A DNA stretch of 64,000 nt, taken from assembly GCA_963796275.1 (NCBI GenBank), contig CAWCKY010000003.1:288001-352000 (forward strand), in the 5' to 3' direction. Shown here piece by piece: positions 11,746 to 22,857 of the stretch (position 1 is the first letter of the stretch; each line of letters begins with the position of its first letter). This DNA is from an uncultured Acidobacteriota bacterium. GTDB lineage: Bacteria > Acidobacteriota > Blastocatellia > RBC074. The translations under genes were made by a program, and so were the position numbers. The notes below the pieces were generated by a model. That model saw only the letters and a program-made list of their open reading frames with translations. It was not told where the DNA came from and made no database searches.

Positions 11746-12555
11746 ATGTTATCAGAATTTCTGACATTCCCGATCATTGGGTTCCTGATACTATTTATCT
11801 ATCTGTTGAGCGTCATCAATATCATTCCGGAGTATGAACGTGGGGTCGTTTTTCGATTAGGCCGTTTGCTGCCTCAGGCGAAAGGGCCGGGTATCGTTCT
11901 TGTCTTTCGGCCGATCGACCGTCTGGTGCGCGTCAGCCTGAGGACGGTCGCCATGGATGTCCCGCCGCAGGATGTGATCACGCGGGATAATGTCACCGTT
12001 TCGGTCAACGCGGTGGTCTATTTCCGCGTTCTCGAACCGCGCCTGGCTATCGTCGAGGTCGAAAATTACCTCTATGCTACATCGCAGCTCGCGCAGACGA
12101 CGCTGAGATCCGTGCTGGGTGAGGCGGAGCTGGATGAATTGTTGTCCGCGCGCGAGAAGCTGAATGCGCGGCTTCAGGACATACTCGACCGTCACACCGA
12201 TCAATGGGGGATCAAGGTATCGCTGGTTGAGATCAAGGCGGTCGATCTGCCGCAGGAGATGCGGCGCGCTATGTCGCGGCAGGCGGAGGCTGAACGCGAA
12301 AAGCGCGCGAAGATTATCCACGCCGAAGGCGAATTCCAGGCTGCCGAGAAACTTGTAAGAGCGGCTAACGCGATCGCCGCCGAGCCTGTCGCCTTGCAGT
12401 TACGTTATTTGCAGACATTGACCGAAATCGGCGTCGAAAGAAATACTACCGTAGTCTTCCCAGTCCCGATTAATCTGGTAGAGGCGTTATTGGACCGTAG
12501 AGAGAAGGTGGGAGAATTGAAAATGGATCGTCGTGAAGCGGCTGGAATTTCGTAA
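11746..12555 (+). CDS. Slipin / stomatin-like SPFH protein
   Basis: [49 protein letters not shown]. Confidence 0.92.
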   Translation: MLSEFLTFPIIGFLILFIYLLSVINIIPEYERGVVFRLGRLLPQAKGPGIVLVFRPIDRLVRVSLRTVAMDVPPQDVITRDNVTVSVNAVVYFRVLEPRLAIVEVENYLYATSQLAQTTLRSVLGEAELDELLSAREKLNARLQDILDRHTDQWGIKVSLVEIKAVDLPQEMRRAMSRQAEAEREKRAKIIHAEGEFQAAEKLVRAANAIAAEPVALQLRYLQTLTEIGVERNTTVVFPVPINLVEALLDRREKVGELKMDRREAAGIS

Positions 12556-12679
12556 TCGATAGTCATAAAGAAGATAGTCATAAGAAAACTATGCTCACCA
12601 GCGTTCTTCAGCCAGCTTTAGATAGTTTAGAGGTTAACGGCAAATGCCGGCAACAATACATAGTGTAGCGCCGTAAGAT

Positions 12680-13921
12680 TCAGTGTTTAGTCGCAAAAAT
12701 GGGAAAGATTTTCTCGAACAGATAGTCTTTGATCTCCCGATCCAATCTCCTCGTATCTTTGCTCGTATCTTTCTCGGTCGGTATGGCGTGCGTGTTGAAA
12801 GCGACGATGTAGGCTGTTCGGGTATCCGGGCGAATGTAGAAGTGCGAGATGAAGCCATTCTGAGTGCCGCTGTGGCCTATGAAACGCTGGTCGAAATTCT
12901 CCTCAATAAAAAAGGTCAGCCCGATGGCGTCTTTCCGGTTATGTCCCTCGGGTTCTACGAGCGCACCGGGATCGAGAGCGATCTGCGGCTGGAACATCTC
13001 TTCCATCGACGATCGTTTCAACACCAGATCGTAAGTAGCACTTTTCTTCTTGTCCCCTGTAAGAAAATTTATGTATTTGACCATGTCGGGCAGCGGCGCA
13101 TTGAGGCCGCCGTTCGAGACGGTAACGCCGGTGTCGGCGTCAAATCTGCCCGGCGTCAGTTTGCCTTCCTTTAAATAGTAACTGTGTGAGCGGTGCCTTA
13201 GCAGATGCTGTGGGGTCGTATCGAAATAAGCGCGATACATTTCGAGCGGCTTGAAGATGTTTTTGTCGATGTAAATTTCATAATCGTCTTTGGTGATCAG
13301 CTCGATGATGCGCCCAAGGAAGATGATGCCGGGGTTGGAATAGCTGAATTTCGATCCGGGCTCAAACAAAATTTCCGTATAAGGCATCATCGCCACGAGC
13401 TGCGACCAATGTTGCGGCTCGTGCGGATGCCAGTCTTTGTCGCCGCCCCAGGGCCAGGTCGGCGCGCGAAAACCGGCCGTATGCGACAGCAGATGCTTGA
13501 TCGTGATGCGGCTCATGTCGCCGAATGGATTGTGAACGGCTTTGAGTTCCGGCAGATATTTGATTATCGGATCGTCCAGTTTCAACAGGCCGCGATCGCG
13601 CAGCTGCATGATCGCGATGCCGGTAAAGGTCTTCGTAATCGATGCCCAATGATAAATCGTGTTCTCGTCCACCGGTTGCCTTTTTTCCTGATTGGCTAGG
13701 CCGAAGAATTCCTGCGCAACCACCCGGCCATCGTGTACCAGCATAAAACTGCTGCCCGCAATTCCATGTTTGCGCATTGACTGCTCATAAAAGGTTTTGA
13801 ATTCGACTTGTACCTGGGCGAAGTTTTTAATTGATTGGCTAAGAAACATATTTGATGACGTAATCAGAATGGCGGTTAGAAACAAGGTTACTGGTGCAAT
13901 TGAGCTCAATCTGTTTTTCAT
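12680..13921 (-). CDS. Serine hydrolase, beta-lactamase/class C-like, with signal peptide
   Basis: SITK (SxxK), LLSHTAG, YSN, HSG motifs. Confidence 0.85.
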   Translation of the reverse strand: MKNRLSSIAPVTLFLTAILITSSNMFLSQSIKNFAQVQVEFKTFYEQSMRKHGIAGSSFMLVHDGRVVAQEFFGLANQEKRQPVDENTIYHWASITKTFTGIAIMQLRDRGLLKLDDPIIKYLPELKAVHNPFGDMSRITIKHLLSHTAGFRAPTWPWGGDKDWHPHEPQHWSQLVAMMPYTEILFEPGSKFSYSNPGIIFLGRIIELITKDDYEIYIDKNIFKPLEMYRAYFDTTPQHLLRHRSHSYYLKEGKLTPGRFDADTGVTVSNGGLNAPLPDMVKYINFLTGDKKKSATYDLVLKRSSMEEMFQPQIALDPGALVEPEGHNRKDAIGLTFFIEENFDQRFIGHSGTQNGFISHFYIRPDTRTAYIVAFNTHAIPTEKDTSKDTRRLDREIKDYLFEKIFPIFATKH

Positions 13922-14094
13922 CGGCGTACCTGTCTGAATGAACTTTGGTTTTTGGCGCTTTCCCAATGGATTTTCCCATCCGCAGGTCGTTATGACAATT
14001 GCAACGGCGATTGACGTCACGCCGTAATTGGGTTATGAAGTTGCTCGTTGTCACGCAATAACCAATTCAAATCCGATCATCAGGACAAAAAACG

Positions 14095-14994
14095 ATGCGC
14101 GAAAAATCACGACGCGATTTTTTACGGGCGAGCCTGGCTGCCGCTGGTTCAGTGGCAATTGCCGATGCGGGAGACATCGTCTCCGCTTCGGCCGAGGAGA
14201 TAGATAATCCTGCATTGGGGGGCGGCGGATTCAAACTCGGGCTTGTGACCTACAATCTGGCCAAAGACTGGGACATTCCGGCGATCATCAAGAATTGTGA
14301 GGAGACCGGATTCGAAGCCGTCGAACTGCGCACAACTCACAAACACGGCGTCGAGCCGTCCTTGAGCAAAGAGCAGCGGACCGAAGTCAAAAACCGTTTT
14401 GCCGAGACCAGGGTTCGACTGCTCAGCCTCGGCTCTACTTGCGAATTCCATTCACCCGATCAATCAACCGTGCGCAAAAACGTCGACGAATGCAAACGCT
14501 TCATCGAACTCGCTCACGATATCGGCGCGATCGGGGTGAAAGTTCGTCCCAACGGGATTCCGAAAGAGGTTCCCGAAGAAAAGACGATCGCGCAAATCGG
14601 CGCGGCTCTGCGACAGTGCGGCGATTTCGCAAAAGGTACAGGCGTCGAAGTCTGGGTCGAAGTTCACGGTCGCGATTCGAGCCAGCCGTCGCGGATGGCG
14701 AAAATGATGAAGGCAGCCGATCATCCGCAGGTCGCCGTCTGCTGGAACTCGAATCAGGAAGACGTGACGAACGGATCGGTCAATCAGAGCTTCGCGCTCC
14801 TGAAACCGTGGCTGCGCAGCGCGCACATCAATGAATTGTGGAAACCGGAATACCCATGGCGTGAATTGTTCGGGTTGATGAAAGAGGCCGGATACAATCG
14901 TTACTGCCTGGCCGAAATCCCGGAGACATCGGATCCGGTCAGGTTGATGCGATATTACCGGGCGTTATGGCTGGAATTTAGCCGTTCCAAATAA
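14095..14994 (+). CDS. Tat-exported sugar phosphate isomerase/epimerase (TIM barrel)
   Basis: SRRDFL Tat motif; GFEAVELR, EVHG. Confidence 0.75.
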   Translation: MREKSRRDFLRASLAAAGSVAIADAGDIVSASAEEIDNPALGGGGFKLGLVTYNLAKDWDIPAIIKNCEETGFEAVELRTTHKHGVEPSLSKEQRTEVKNRFAETRVRLLSLGSTCEFHSPDQSTVRKNVDECKRFIELAHDIGAIGVKVRPNGIPKEVPEEKTIAQIGAALRQCGDFAKGTGVEVWVEVHGRDSSQPSRMAKMMKAADHPQVAVCWNSNQEDVTNGSVNQSFALLKPWLRSAHINELWKPEYPWRELFGLMKEAGYNRYCLAEIPETSDPVRLMRYYRALWLEFSRSK

Positions 14995-15008
14995 CGACGG
15001 GATTTCTG

Positions 15009-15587
15009 TTAGAAATCGAAAGCCTCTTTCAGCTTATCAACTCGCTTTCCCAGCTCAAGCCGAATCTCCGCCTTGATCGCTCCCCACGTCGTCGGATGGT
15101 CTGGCTCGCCTTCGAAATAGAAAGGGCAGGGAGCTGGGGCGACCTCGCGCTGCACTTCGGCCAGATCTGTCGGGTCGATAGGAAAGACAGTACATGGCGG
15201 TGGCGCGTGCTTCTTTGATGTATAGATCATGCAGGCCGTCGTCTGTTCATTCTCGTAGAAGAAGGGACAGCGGAAAACTATTTTGCAGCAAAGGCCGCAG
15301 CGGTTGCAGCCGCCGCGTTGATATGGCTTCCAGCGATAGAGGATCTTATCGGGCAGTATCTGTGCCAGCACCCACCGCCGCGTCGCGCCATAGGAGTGCT
15401 TTGTATATAAAAATCCGGTGAGTTTGCGAAATCCGATGTAGGCTTTCTTCTGGTAAATCTGTTTATCAGTGAGCACAGGAAGCCCGATTACCGAACTATC
15501 AGTTTCTTCAGCGGCAGTCGATGAGGATTTTTTCAATGGTTCGATCTGTACGAGTCGAGTGGGAGGAGGATTCGTATTATGCTCCAT
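15009..15587 (-). CDS. CxxCxxCC (YkgJ-like) cysteine-cluster protein
   Basis: CNRCGLCC...CPF...C.IY...P..C..FP. Confidence 0.6.
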   Translation of the reverse strand: MEHNTNPPPTRLVQIEPLKKSSSTAAEETDSSVIGLPVLTDKQIYQKKAYIGFRKLTGFLYTKHSYGATRRWVLAQILPDKILYRWKPYQRGGCNRCGLCCKIVFRCPFFYENEQTTACMIYTSKKHAPPPCTVFPIDPTDLAEVQREVAPAPCPFYFEGEPDHPTTWGAIKAEIRLELGKRVDKLKEAFDF

Positions 15588-15919
15588 TCAATTACCTCTA
15601 AAATTTATCATTATAAGAATGCTAGTGATGAATTATTGCTGAACACACATAGCCGTCTTTATCTTAATCTTGAGAATCGAGACTAATCCGAATTGGGTGA
15701 AGATTGCAAATGCAGTCAACAGTCGTGTGCGATCTTAGCACTTATCGTTTGTGGTAGACAAACCGTCATATATTGGTATTGCGGCTACAATGAAAGCCAG
15801 AAGATTAACCCGCATTTGACTTGAATCAGATTGGCTAAGGAAGTAGTATGCCTTCATCTAATGTAAAACTTGTTTGCGGTCCTGGGAAACATTTGATCTT
15901 CACTAGAAGAGAGGTATTT

Positions 15920-16228
15920 ATGAGACACCCCAACGCTGTTTCTCTGGCTAGACGTTTGTTGGATTCACGCCTCAGACGTCAGGCGATTACTGGATTCGAA
16001 ACGGACATTCTGCATCAAATCACCGATGAGGAGATCGAATGGGCGCTGGACATCCTTGCTACCCATCTAGATGCCTGTATGCGACACGGGGTTCATCCCG
16101 ATCTCAGCGAGGCCGTTGAAGATGCGCTCGATTTCGCCCAGCGCCGTGAGAAAGCTTACGAGCCGATTCCGCAGGGACTGCGGTGGCAGGGCGCTTTGGT
16201 CGTTTTGGAGGAGCGTGACGCCGACTAG
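15920..16228 (+). CDS. Hypothetical protein
   Basis: ORF with GAGGT RBS before ATG 15920; no recognised motif. Confidence 0.5.
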   Translation: MRHPNAVSLARRLLDSRLRRQAITGFETDILHQITDEEIEWALDILATHLDACMRHGVHPDLSEAVEDALDFAQRREKAYEPIPQGLRWQGALVVLEERDAD

Positions 16229-16338
16229 AACGTTTATCAACAAAGGACATTGACCACGAATAATAGGAAGAACGAGTAGTCCAAATGCCTTGGGGGACAA
16301 CAATCTGTCTGTCCCCCTTTTTGCATAACGGCGACCTT

Positions 16339-18489
16339 CTATCCGACTCGCGCCAACCCGAACCGCGGCTGGCTTCGCACGTGCTGAATGAGCCGATCGG
16401 TCTCGCGCGTACGACCCTTTTCATTGAGCAGATAATCGGCCTCACGCCGCGCCATTTCCAGAATTTTCTGATCCCGAACTATATTGGCGATGCGGAATGC
16501 CGGTATGCCTGATTGCCGCGTCCCCATTACCTCACCTGGCCCACGGATCTCCAGATCCTTCTCTGCGATTTTGAATCCATCCGTCGTCTCCTCCATTATC
16601 TTCAATCGCTCGCGCGCTTCTTTCGTCTTGTTGAATTGCGTAAGCAATATGCAGAAGCTCTCTGCGGCGCCCCGCCCCACGCGTCCGCGCAATTGATGGA
16701 GTTGAGAGAGGCCGAATCTCTCGGCGTGTTCGATTAGCATGACCGAGGCGTTGGGCACATCCACGCCGACCTCGATCACCGTCGTCGCGACCAGTATCTG
16801 GATTTTGTTCCCGCTGAACGCCTGCATCACTTCTTCTTTCTCCGCAGGTTTCATCTTGCCGTGCAGCAGGCCCACGTTAAATTCAGGGAATATTTCAGTC
16901 TTCAAATTCTGGTACATCTCGGTCGCGTTTCGCAGATCGAGTTTCTCGGATTCCTCGATGATCGGATAGACGACATAAGCCTGGCGGCCTTTTTTGACCT
17001 CTTCCCGGATGAAGTCATAAATCTTCGCGCGCCGATCATCGCCGCGCACGTGCGTTGAAATGGGAGTGCGCCCGGGCGGCATTTCGTCGATCACCGATAC
17101 CTCCAGATCGCCATATACCGTCATCGCCAGACTCCGCGGGATCGGCGTAGCAGTCATCACCAGGACATCCGGATTCATCCCGCGGCGTCGTATCTCCGCG
17201 CGCTGCATAACTCCGAATCGGTGTTGTTCGTCGATTACTATCAGCCCGAGCTTTTTGAACTGCACCGCCTCCTGTATCAGAGCGTGTGTACCGGCTACGA
17301 GATCGACATCGCCCGCAACAATGGCATCCTGGATCGCACGCTTCTCTTTGGCTCTCAGACTGCCTGTCAGCAATTCAACCCGGTATGTCGTCTGTGCCAG
17401 CCAGCGCCTGATGTTGCGGGCGTGCTGTTCGGCCAGGATTTCAGTCGGAGCCATGAGCGCAGTCTGGTATCCGTTCTCGATCGCTATGACCATCGCCTGC
17501 ACGGCAACAATGGTTTTACCGCTGCCGACATCGCCCTGCAGCAGGCGATTCATGGGCATATCACTGGTCATATCGTCGACGATCTCTTTGAGCGTGCGTT
17601 TCTGCGCATCGGTTGGGCTGAAAGGTAAGATGGAGCGTACTGCTTCGCGCACCCGGTCGGTGATCTCGATGGCAGCGCCTTTCGGCTCGCTTATCCGCTC
17701 GCCGCGCCTGACTCCCAGGGCGATGGCCAACCAGAAGAACTCCTCGAATATCAAGCGCCGGTGCGCGGGAGAGCGCGCCAGATTGTAGTCGTCGATCGCC
17801 ATGTCCTCGGCCGGGAAGTGTGCGTTCTGAAGCGCCTCGACGCGCGGAATGAGATGACTGCGTGAGATCGTTTCAGCCGGCAGAGATTCCGGGATCTCCT
17901 TTTCCAGGTTGTTGAGGACGTGGTGGAAGATCGAGCGCAATTGGCGAGTGCGAAAATCGCCGAGTTTGCGGTAGATAGGCACTCGGCGCGCCGTGTGGAT
18001 CGCCGCGGTATCCTTGTCGTCATCATCGTAGGTCAATATTTCGTATTCGGGATTTTCGACCTCAAAGTAGCCCTTGTACCGGTTCAGTTTCCAATTGCCG
18101 TAGATGATCACCCGTGTGCCGCGTGAGAAGATTTTGTTCAGATATATCTGATTCCACCAATAGGCGCGAATCTGCCCCTCGCCATCGGTGGCTATGAACT
18201 CATACATCTTGAGACGGCCGCCTTTGAGCGGGATGATCCCGCCGACGCGCACCATAACTTCCACCGAAGCAGGCTGGCCATCTTGCAATTGGGAGATACG
18301 CGCGAGGTTGGATCTGTCCTCATATCGCATTGGAAGGTAATGGAGCAGGTCTTCGACGGTGGCATCGCGCGGGTCAGGTCTGGCGGAGATGGTCGATATT
18401 TCGACGGCCAACCCGTGCGCAGTCTTCTGGCCGATGCGCGGCAGGCTGTGGTGGTGAAGTTCGACGAGCGGTGTTTCGAGTTTCAGCAA
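16339..18489 (-). CDS. recG: ATP-dependent DNA helicase RecG
   Basis: RLLQGDVGSGKT, DEQHRFG, MTATPIPR, QLHQLRGRVGRG, DLEIRGPG. Confidence 0.97.
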   Translation of the reverse strand: MLKLETPLVELHHHSLPRIGQKTAHGLAVEISTISARPDPRDATVEDLLHYLPMRYEDRSNLARISQLQDGQPASVEVMVRVGGIIPLKGGRLKMYEFIATDGEGQIRAYWWNQIYLNKIFSRGTRVIIYGNWKLNRYKGYFEVENPEYEILTYDDDDKDTAAIHTARRVPIYRKLGDFRTRQLRSIFHHVLNNLEKEIPESLPAETISRSHLIPRVEALQNAHFPAEDMAIDDYNLARSPAHRRLIFEEFFWLAIALGVRRGERISEPKGAAIEITDRVREAVRSILPFSPTDAQKRTLKEIVDDMTSDMPMNRLLQGDVGSGKTIVAVQAMVIAIENGYQTALMAPTEILAEQHARNIRRWLAQTTYRVELLTGSLRAKEKRAIQDAIVAGDVDLVAGTHALIQEAVQFKKLGLIVIDEQHRFGVMQRAEIRRRGMNPDVLVMTATPIPRSLAMTVYGDLEVSVIDEMPPGRTPISTHVRGDDRRAKIYDFIREEVKKGRQAYVVYPIIEESEKLDLRNATEMYQNLKTEIFPEFNVGLLHGKMKPAEKEEVMQAFSGNKIQILVATTVIEVGVDVPNASVMLIEHAERFGLSQLHQLRGRVGRGAAESFCILLTQFNKTKEARERLKIMEETTDGFKIAEKDLEIRGPGEVMGTRQSGIPAFRIANIVRDQKILEMARREADYLLNEKGRTRETDRLIQHVRSQPRFGLARVG

Positions 18490-18519
18490 GATAATCCTTG
18501 ATCGGATGAATAAGGGAGA

Positions 18520-18767
18520 GTACGAAAGAGACGAAAAATTCCAGAATGGATCTGGCTTCTGATATCAGGGACACGGAAAATTTCGCAGGGGGGAAAATGA
18601 CCAAAATGGTGAAGTAAGCCAATATGATACTTTGCAGCTTCTGAATGGTTCATAACCGTTAAATTCCATTGCGAGCGCTATTGATAACATAACTCTCACC
18701 AGCAAGCATGATCGCATTTCATTCATCGGTCAGCTTTTTATTTCGTTTATTTCGTTTTTTTCGTTTG
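18520..18767 (-). pseudogene. Internally deleted GxxExxY-family gene remnant between 9-nt inverted repeat arms
   Basis: Minus strand reads ESYVINSA/AMEF (family N-terminus) then NHSEAAKYHIGLLHHFGHFPPCEIFRV (family C-terminus); arms acgaaaga/gacgaaaaa and (tttcgtttN)x3. Confidence 0.55.
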
Positions 18768-18793
18768 CTCCATTGTCGCTCATTAATCTATTC

Positions 18794-19234
18794 TTAATTC
18801 AAGGATATGGAAAGAACTCGCGTTTCCATTCCAGGCTCTCCGATATTTACGAGATAAGCGCCTGGGATCGCAAATGCGCCCAATCTTTCGGGCCACTCGA
18901 TCACTATTACACCTTTCGGATCCTCCAGCATCTCTTCCAAACCGAGAGCGCGGACTTCGTTCGCAGCGCCCTCGATCCGATATAAGTCGAGATGATACAT
19001 CCGCATCCGCCCATCGTGCTGGTTGATTATCGTGAATGTCGGGCTGTTGACTTCGGCAGGATCGATTTCGAGGCCTGCGCCGATGCCCTTGGCGAAGACA
19101 GTTTTACCCGCCCCTAAATCGCCCTGTAATAGGAAGACGGCTGCTTCATCGAGCAATTCGCCGATGTTGTATGCCAGCGCGAATGTTTCTTCGGCTGACC
19201 GCGTGATGAATTCTCCGGTCGGAATTAATGCCAT
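18794..19234 (-). CDS. tsaE: tRNA threonylcarbamoyladenosine biosynthesis ATPase TsaE
   Basis: GDLGAGKT, SPTF, HLDLYR, IEWPE. Confidence 0.96.
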   Translation of the reverse strand: MALIPTGEFITRSAEETFALAYNIGELLDEAAVFLLQGDLGAGKTVFAKGIGAGLEIDPAEVNSPTFTIINQHDGRMRMYHLDLYRIEGAANEVRALGLEEMLEDPKGVIVIEWPERLGAFAIPGAYLVNIGEPGMETRVLSISLN

Positions 19235-20872
19235 TCAGATAGTAGTGATTCCAAAGCTTCGCCCTTTTTCGGCATCGCCGCCAACTCTGATGATCGCCTC
19301 ACTCAGGTTATCAACGATGTCCGATGCGATGAGCGAGCGTTGGCCGAGCTTATTTGCCGCTATATCGCCTGATAATCCGTGTAAATAGACCGCAGCTATC
19401 GTTGCCTGCAGCGGTTCGTCCGGCCGTTGCGCCAGTAATCCGGCGGCCAATCCGGTCAGTACATCGCCCGACCCTGCTGTAGCCATCCCCGCGTTTCCGC
19501 TCGGGTTGACATAAATTACTCCGTCGGGCGCAGCAATTATTGTGCGGCTTCCCTTGATTACCGTAATAATCCGGTTCTTCTCGGCAAACTCGCGCGCGAT
19601 TGCGGCGCGGTCTGCCACGATTTCGGAATTCGTTTTACCGGTCAGCCGCGCCATTTCGCCGGGGTGGGGAGTGATGATAATCGGCAACCGGTCGGATCCT
19701 CTCAGATCTTCCGGCCAGGGAGCGAGTGCGTTTAAACCATCGGCGTCGATGACGATGGGCGCAGTTCGTCTTTCGACAAATACGCGCACGAACCGGCGCG
19801 TCCCCTCGTCGGCTGATGAAAGGCCGGGGCCGATGGCGATGACCGTACGGTTACATGCCAACTGTAATGCGCGGTCGATCGCCCGCTCGGAAACAGCGCC
19901 GCTATCGATCTCATCGAGGGCCTCGGTCATCACTTCGGTCCTGGCCTGAGTGATGAGCAAACCTTGCGCCGATTTGGCGGTCGCGATGGTAACGAGTCCA
20001 GCGCCCGCGCGCAGTACCGCTTCGGAAGCCAGTGCCGCCGCCCCCGTTTTACCGCGCGAGCCTGCAACTAATAGGACATCGCCGGCCGACCCTTTGTGCG
20101 CGTCGGGAGAGCGAAGAGACTCATTCAGCCATACGCCTATCTTTGAATCCTGGATAAGATGCAGGTGAGACCCCGACTCTTCATCGATCAACCATTGAGG
20201 TGTGCCGATCGAAGCGATGACCAGTTGACCGTTGGCATAGCATGCGGGCGGCAGGACGTTCCCGGTTTTCGGAGCTGTAAACGATATGGTTAAATCGGCC
20301 TGAACGTGCGGGCCGATCGGATAGCTGGTGTCAGAACTTAAACCTGATGGAATGTCCACCGAAACTACGCGGGCGGCCTCATGCGCCTTGATGATGTTGA
20401 TCTCCTGGATCGCCCTTTCGTATATGCCTTCCAGCGGGCGTTTTAGCCCCGTGCCGAACAGTGCATCGATCACGATATCGCAACCGCAGCCAATCCCATC
20501 CAGCTCCGAATCGATTTCTGTGAAGACCAGCCTCGATGCGCGACGTTTGCCAGCCTGTTCCGATAATCGTCTGATAATTTCAAAGTTTGTCCGGGCCTCG
20601 CCTTTCGTATCATCGATCTGCCCGAACAAAAAAGCCTCTACCCAGGCTCCCTTTATCCATAACAGCCGCGCGATCACCGCACCATCGCCGCCGTTATTTC
20701 CTTTGCCACAGAAGACCGCGAATCGCTTGTCGTCGACGGGACCATATTGCTCGATGATCGTTTCAACAACGCGGCCCCCGGCGTTCTCCATCAGCGTCGA
20801 AAAGCTGATTCCACTATGCTCGACCGTCAGCCGGTCGATCTCCCGCATCTGTTGCGCAGTGAGAATTCGCAT
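19235..20872 (-). CDS. nnr: Bifunctional NAD(P)H-hydrate epimerase/dehydratase (NnrE-NnrD, YjeF)
   Basis: LMENAG, GKGNNGGDG, DALFGTG, DIPSG, HKG, DADGLN, TPHPGE, GSGDVL. Confidence 0.94.
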   Translation of the reverse strand: MRILTAQQMREIDRLTVEHSGISFSTLMENAGGRVVETIIEQYGPVDDKRFAVFCGKGNNGGDGAVIARLLWIKGAWVEAFLFGQIDDTKGEARTNFEIIRRLSEQAGKRRASRLVFTEIDSELDGIGCGCDIVIDALFGTGLKRPLEGIYERAIQEINIIKAHEAARVVSVDIPSGLSSDTSYPIGPHVQADLTISFTAPKTGNVLPPACYANGQLVIASIGTPQWLIDEESGSHLHLIQDSKIGVWLNESLRSPDAHKGSAGDVLLVAGSRGKTGAAALASEAVLRAGAGLVTIATAKSAQGLLITQARTEVMTEALDEIDSGAVSERAIDRALQLACNRTVIAIGPGLSSADEGTRRFVRVFVERRTAPIVIDADGLNALAPWPEDLRGSDRLPIIITPHPGEMARLTGKTNSEIVADRAAIAREFAEKNRIITVIKGSRTIIAAPDGVIYVNPSGNAGMATAGSGDVLTGLAAGLLAQRPDEPLQATIAAVYLHGLSGDIAANKLGQRSLIASDIVDNLSEAIIRVGGDAEKGRSFGITTI

Positions 20873-21002
20873 GGATCTTATTCTATCGCAAAAAGAGCGC
20901 AAAGAAGCGATGCTCCTTGCGCTCTTAAGAAAACGAATTTTCCAATGATAGTTGGCTCGAACTATGAAATGTCACGAGCTTTTCTGCAGCTCGCTCTGCT
21001 TT

Positions 21003-22295
21003 CTAATCGCCCTTAAATGTCAGACGTTTATTCGAGTTCCACAAATCGTCCCAACCAATGCACTCGCGGCGATAGGCGGCCTCGCGCCCGAGAATGGACA
21101 TAAATGTGCTCTCCACGCCGTACTTGGTGTCATTGCGATATTTGTCCTGCCCCTCGCCTTTTCCCAGAACGCTGTTGACGAAATATTCGGCTTCCTGATC
21201 ATAATGCTTGTCATCAGTGCCCTCATACTGATAGATCATAGTACTCTCGCTGCCTCTTCTGCCTCCGCTGCTTTCGATTCTCGCACCGCCCGTGCCGCCT
21301 TTGCCCGCCGTTGTCGTGAATGTGGCCTTGGTGCCTCGGATGGTCTCAGAGATATCGGAGCGCACCCCGTTGATCTGCACGCACGAGTGGTTGAGCAGGA
21401 CCTGGTTGGGGTATTCATAAATGAGGTTGAAGTGATCGTAAATCTCCCCGATATCTGTGCGAACGAGCCGGCCGCCCGAACCATATGCCTTGATCGGTAA
21501 AGTTCCCAGCATCCAGCTGATGACATCCATATTATGGATACTCTGCTCGACGATGTGATCGCCGGAGAGCCACTTGTAGAAATACCAATGTTCGACTTCG
21601 TAATCCATCTGCGTCTTCCAATCCGCGCGCTTGCCGCGGCGATCCTGCCACAGATCTCCCTGATCCCATGCCGAATGCGCCATTGCGATTGTGCCTAGAG
21701 CGCCCTCATCGATCAGTCGCTTACACTCACGATAGGCTTTGCTGTAGTGGCGCTGCAAACCGACGACGACCGACAGGTTATTTGCTTTTGCTTTCTCGCC
21801 CGCCTCCATAACAGTGTGGCAGCCGGGTACATCTACGGCCAGTGGTTTCTCAGCGAAGATGTGTTTCTTGGCGGCCACCGCGGCTTTGAAATGCTCGGGG
21901 CGGAAGCCCGGAGGTGTAACCATCAATACGGCGTCGACCTTCGATTCCATGATGCCCTTATAGCCATCGATACCGAGAAATACTTTCTTGGAATCGATGT
22001 TGGCGAGATTTGGCCTTCCCTGGTTGCCTTCGACCGGTTTGAGTGCCTTGTCGATGCGGTGCTGGAAATAGTCGGCGATTGCGACGATCTTAGCTTTACC
22101 CGTCTTTTCCAACAGATAGGCATCGCGTGTGCCCTGGCCGCCGAGGCCGATCCAACCGATCTCAACCATCGAGTTGGCCTGGGTGCCGCGGACCGATTCC
22201 GCTTTGACAATGGTGAATGCCGAAGCGGCGGTGGCCGCAGCCGTGCCTTTTACGAAAGTTCTGCGCGAAAGGTGCTCTTTCTTCTTCATGGTCAT
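21003..22295 (-). CDS. Tat-exported Gfo/Idh/MocA family oxidoreductase
   Basis: SRRTFVK Tat motif, GLGGQG, EKP, GDHIVEQSIHNMD. Confidence 0.88.
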   Translation of the reverse strand: MTMKKKEHLSRRTFVKGTAAATAASAFTIVKAESVRGTQANSMVEIGWIGLGGQGTRDAYLLEKTGKAKIVAIADYFQHRIDKALKPVEGNQGRPNLANIDSKKVFLGIDGYKGIMESKVDAVLMVTPPGFRPEHFKAAVAAKKHIFAEKPLAVDVPGCHTVMEAGEKAKANNLSVVVGLQRHYSKAYRECKRLIDEGALGTIAMAHSAWDQGDLWQDRRGKRADWKTQMDYEVEHWYFYKWLSGDHIVEQSIHNMDVISWMLGTLPIKAYGSGGRLVRTDIGEIYDHFNLIYEYPNQVLLNHSCVQINGVRSDISETIRGTKATFTTTAGKGGTGGARIESSGGRRGSESTMIYQYEGTDDKHYDQEAEYFVNSVLGKGEGQDKYRNDTKYGVESTFMSILGREAAYRRECIGWDDLWNSNKRLTFKGD

Positions 22296-22857
22296 CTCCT
22301 TTTAGACTAACCCACTGGTCTTGCCATTAATTTGATTGTTTTCGAATTAGTAACGGAGTGCGAAATCATTGCCGCTAAGACAACAGGCGCATTGTAGTCA
22401 ATCGTGGCCGATTTGGCAAAATTGATTAGGTTCTGTCTCAGAATTGCAATATCTTCTGATTCTGCTTTTCTTTTTCCCTTTGGCCCTTTGCGTGAGATTT
22501 CACCGCTCGCGCCAGACATCCGAAATTGACAAGAACTCCTATAGTTTAGATAATTGCCCCTGCCTTTATAAGTAAATGAGCGTAAGGTCGCTGGAGTCGA
22601 TAGAAAGACCTGCTCCCCCTCGATAAGTTGATCGTCAGTCAATAATCGGTTACGGATGTTCGACCGGTGGCCGTTTATTTACTTGGGATTCTTATGATGG
22701 GAGTCAGTGGCCGTCATCATCCGCACGCGCTTGATCTCAGACAGACCCGGGAGCATTCAATGTTCAATCTCTACCCAGCCTTTTCAGAAGGGTTGGAGAA
22801 AAAATTTCATAGCATCGAGCGAATTCGGATATCTGCTTTTCCAATGGGAGGGATACT

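Noticed and set aside
22300-22857. Riboswitch or ncRNA in the long intergenic region
   Set aside because: No recognisable conserved RNA motif by eye; an Rfam scan would be needed
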